Origin: Glaucostegus cemiculus
Taxonomy: Eukaryota
Direction: 5' to 3'
Assembly (NCBI GenBank): GCA_976551045.1
Contig: CDPCPM010000054.1
Span: 11,532,001-11,596,000 of the forward strand
Length of the DNA stretch: 64,000 bases
Below are positions 60,487 through 64,000 of this stretch, one piece after another. The notes below the pieces were generated by a model. The model was not told the origin of the DNA and did not search any database. It was given only the letters and a program-made list of their open reading frames with translations. A program made the translations under genes and the position numbers. Position 1 is the first letter of the stretch. Each line of letters begins with the position of its first letter.

Positions 60487-61482
60487 CATTGAAGATCCCA
60501 TCACAGCCAGATTTACAGCCTGGGTACTGAAAATCTAGCATCAGTGATGATAACTCTGCTATATTCTTTAGGGAGGGAAATTTTAAACTATTTAATTATG
60601 GGGGCCAAGAGGATGTAGTTTTTATAGATCTCACCAAGACTCTGTCAGCCATAACCTCATTATTAAAGCGTTGGGCCATACAGGGGTTGATAACCATTTG
60701 ATTAACCTCATTTCTGACCTATATTGTAACTCATCGACTCTTATTGAGAACAGCAAGGCCAGAACTGGACCCATCCTTATCCCTAGAGGGGTGAAGCAGG
60801 TTGTCCCGCTTTTGCCCTTTTTGTTTAATATTATCATGGATGTTTTATTATGCTTGTTGGATAGGAATGAGTGCCATCTTTATTTGGGAACAGGCAATTT
60901 TCATTGCTCCACCCTTGACTTTGCCAATAATGTGGTCCTTGTCAGTGACTCTCACAAGGTCAAGTCCAAGAACCTTGTAAATAAATTTTGTAAACATCAA
61001 TAAAATTGCATGTCAAAATATGGAGTCAAAAACTAAGATGTTTATTGTTATGTTTATTTATGGAAAATTTATCAGCGGCATCCAAACCTAAATGTTGGTT
61101 GACTTTTAACTGCTTTCTGAAATGACCTAGCAATCTACTCACTTTTGGGACACTAATGATATTGGATAATGGCCTTGACGTTGATACTTACATCCTGCCT
61201 GGAAAATTTGCTTTGTATTCCTTTCAAGGTCATCACGTCCACCCTGAAGTAGTGTCCAGAAATGAAAGCAGTACAACACTGAGAGCACCAGACAGACCGA
61301 GGCACCTCCCAAACAAAGCAGCACTTCCTCCCCCTTCTATTCCAGGCTACTCCCCACCCCTGAGACAATGGTCAATGTTTGATTTCATTACATTGATGCC
61401 TGTGTTCAAATGATTCCTGTACCTGGACAGCTAACTCCCTTTGCTTTACTACAGCTTCTAGTTCCTTGCCATTTGGAAAATA
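60487..61482 (+). pseudogene. Fossil R2-like (RLE-clade) retrotransposon RT fragment
   Basis: VVFIDLTK/DSVSHNLIIKAL...LISDLY...TGPILIPRGVKQVVPLLPFLFNIIMDVLL...STLDFANNVVLVSDS matches R2-type D.AKAFD.VSH, GVKQGDPLSP.LFN..MD.LL and LAFADDLVL motifs. Catalytic DD mutated to NN. Confidence 0.7.
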
Positions 61483-61553
61483 GTTATATAGTACTATTTA
61501 GTTATATAGTAAACCAACAGTACAGAATGCAATTTTCCTGAGCAATATTTTAG
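61483..61553 (+). repeat. 71-bp direct repeat, copy 2
   Basis: See 60416-60486. Confidence 0.8.
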
Positions 61554-61813
61554 TCAACATCACCAAAACAGATTGGGTATGGATTTTTTCCCATTCGTTT
61601 GTGATGAGCCCAAAATGGTAAAGACGATTAGTTGCACATTTCCTCTGCAATTCAGTTCCAAAGAAGTGACTTTGACAAGTGGGGTGCAACTCATGACAAC
61701 TTTAGCACAAACAAGCATGGGCAAATTTCTGTTATCTGGTCAAAATCATGTTGCTGTTTGCAGGAAGCTGCTGTGTTTCCTACTTTACAGCAGTGATCAC
61801 ATTTTTAACAATC

Positions 61814-62048
61814 TGTAGCAGCCAGCAGGGTGCGACTTAAAAGAACACGAGGACACGGAGACTCGATCGAGCACATTTTTAATAACTTACCAAAAGCCGC
61901 GCATATCCCGAACTACAAAAAACATGACCGGCGGAAGTGACGTCATACTCCCACCGGAAGTCCCACCTTCCGGCACTATTGCGGGAACTCGCGCATTTCC
62001 CCACGACAGCAGACGGCGTTTCAGATCCCAATATCGTGAGTCGCTACA
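61814..62048 (-). mobile_element. Solo LTR, 235 bp, 4-bp TSD AATC (probably Gypsy)
   Basis: Perfect TGTAGC...GCTACA termini; AATC at 61810-61813 and 62049-62052; ATTAAA on the minus strand; CGGAAGTGACGTCA at 61932-61945. Confidence 0.9.
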
Positions 62049-62799
62049 AATCCTTTATTGGCTGCATGTTGGGTGCTAAAGAAATGATGTAGGGTATTTA
62101 TTTGGACAAAACTGCACACCTTATTGCTGCCACTTGGTGTCCCACTCTAGCCATTTATTAGTGGATGAGACGTGCGCCAGGTACCCAAGTGACATTATAG
62201 AATTTTGATAAAGTATGGGGAACTGAGTTAGTGCTTTTGGAATGGAGAAAGAGAAGCAAAATTGTAGGGGTGGTGTGGGAAGTATTTTACTGCATTCCAT
62301 TCCAGACTTGTGTCTTCAAGGAAAACAAGACACGGCTGAAAGACAGTTATACAAAAGATAAAATGATTTCAACAGCCCACAGTTTTCAGAAATAACAGGA
62401 AATGGAACTTGGTGACATTAATTATAAAAATGACATAATTGCCAAAAGAAGCAAAGATGAAGTGAGGAAATAAAATTACAGAACTAGCTGGTGTGATCTG
62501 GAATGTGCTGCCTGAAAGGTTGATGGAAGTGGGTTCAAAAATAATTTTCAAAGGAGGAATTAGGTTTATATTTATAAGGGGAAAATCTATTGAGCCCAGG
62601 TATGGAGTTAATTGAGCCCCTCTTTCAAGGAGCCAATGCAGACATGATGCCTGAGTGGCCTCCTTTTGAGCTATAACATTCCACGGTTCTGAGATAACAA
62701 TGCATTTTGTTAGATTCTATTCTTCCCCTGAAAGACAAGTTTGTGTTTTAAAGGGTTGGCCTCCTCCCAGATGGTAGTCAATGTTGAGATGTTACAAAT

Positions 62800-63200
62800 C
62801 AATAACAACAACATTGGCACCTTCTATAAAGCTAAAATGTACCATTAACTATCAAAAGAATTGATACCAAGCAACACAGGGAAAGAATAGGGCAGTTGAC
62901 CAAAGTCCTGGTCAAAGTGGTAGGTTTCAAGGACCATCCTAAAGAGGGAGTGAGAGGTTAAATAATAGAGAAATTTAGGGAGGGAACTCCAGGGTTTAGG
63001 ACCTTGTCAGCTGAAAGCATGTCAACCAATGGCAGAGTGATTAAATTCAGGGATGATCAAGAGGCCAGGATTGGAGGAGCCCTCCATGGCAGGGCTGATG
63101 GAGAATTCATGCATAAGGGAAAATAAGGCCTTTGTGTGATTTTAAAAGTGGACAAGAATTTTAAAAATGATGTGCAGTCCAGGGTAATGGGTGACCATGC
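62800..63200 (-). mobile_element. L2-like LINE 3' fragment
   Basis: AATAACAACAAC tail; GACCAAAGTCCTGGTCAAAG; GGGAGGGAACTCCAG...CAGCTGAAAGCA. Confidence 0.6.
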
Positions 63201-63344
63201 CAATTAGGACACAGAGCTCCAGAGTTCCATAGGGCAGGGGAACTTTGGAAGGAGTTCCATTGGACATGCAAAACTTATCTGTTACTATTACAAATTTGGC
63301 ATTTCCCACCCCCATCAACCCTTCCACTCACCAACCCACTATCT

Positions 63345-63740
63345 CAGTATCAACTGTGGCCCAGTGGGTAGCACTCCACATTCCTGACTTAGACAGATGT
63401 GGGTTCCAGTCCTGCTCTGGAGACATGTGCATTAGAGGTCTAGAGTGCCTTCCCTGGTGTACTGCTGAAGGAATGCTACACTGTCATCACTACTGTCTTT
63501 CATACAAGGCCTCATCTGTCTCTTAGGTGGATGACAAAAAAATTCCTTGCCCACAGATTCAAAAATAGCACCGGGATTTTGGGCAATGTTTATCTCTCAG
63601 TGAACAGCATTTACAATGAGTTATCAAGTCATTAACACATTGCTTTTGGGGGAGTTTGCTATGTGATCATTTGCTCCATTACAGCAGCAGTCACATTAGC
63701 TGTAAGGTACTTAGGATGAAAGCTGCATGTAAACAAAAGC
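63345..63740 (+). mobile_element. Deu-domain SINE, degenerate
   Basis: CTGTGGCCCAGTGGGTAGCACTC head; GTACTGCTGAAGGAATGCT; GGCAATGTTTATCTCTCA; ACATTGCTTTTGGGGGAG. Confidence 0.65.
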
Positions 63741-64000
63741 CTATTTTGTTTCATTGATCTCTGATGCATTGAATGTGACTTTTGCTCTTTAAGAGCTGTT
63801 GGCACTTAAGATACAGCCTCTTGACCTCTCACAGACCCGGTAAAGCCTGAGGACAATATTAACGTATCCAAATGATGCATCACTAAATAACATTGAATAA
63901 CTTGGAGCACTGTGGTACAGCAAGCTATCTCATGCCATCCAGATGGGAAAAATATTTTCCTCCATTAAATGTAATATCCACAGGCGGAATTGTTTTATTG

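Noticed and set aside
35240-62048. The two LTRs as ends of one 27-kb provirus
   Set aside because: Each has its own 4-bp TSD, they differ markedly over the first 100 bp, and there is no gag-pol between them.
1-64000. The many 60-230 aa ORFs as host genes
   Set aside because: Recognisable ones are broken transposon fragments or their antisense frames; the rest have no recognisable domain and are of chance length.

Overview
Eukaryotic, repeat-dense DNA. The repeat families (HER1-like CR1 LINEs, HE1/V-SINEs, Deu-domain SINEs, Rex1/Babar, L1-Tx1, Penelope-like elements) point to a cartilaginous fish (shark/ray); this is inferred from family recognition, not from a search. I found no recognisable host protein-coding exon, rRNA, tRNA gene or CRISPR array, so the window reads as a large intron or intergenic stretch. 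Every recognisable ORF is a broken transposon fragment. Main items: three long decayed CR1 copies; a ~5.3 kb Tx1 element with a young Rex1 copy nested in it; a fossil Gypsy gag-protease segment; a fossil R2-like RT bracketed by 71-bp direct repeats; two ~235-bp solo LTRs with 4-bp TSDs and an ETS-CRE promoter core; about ten Penelope-derived units carrying degenerate minimal hammerhead ribozyme motifs, three of them fold-back units with 12-14 bp TSDs; and an unexplained diverged ~135-bp direct repeat near 54.1/54.9 kb. Boundaries of old repeats are approximate. No complete novel system can be demonstrated from the sequence alone.
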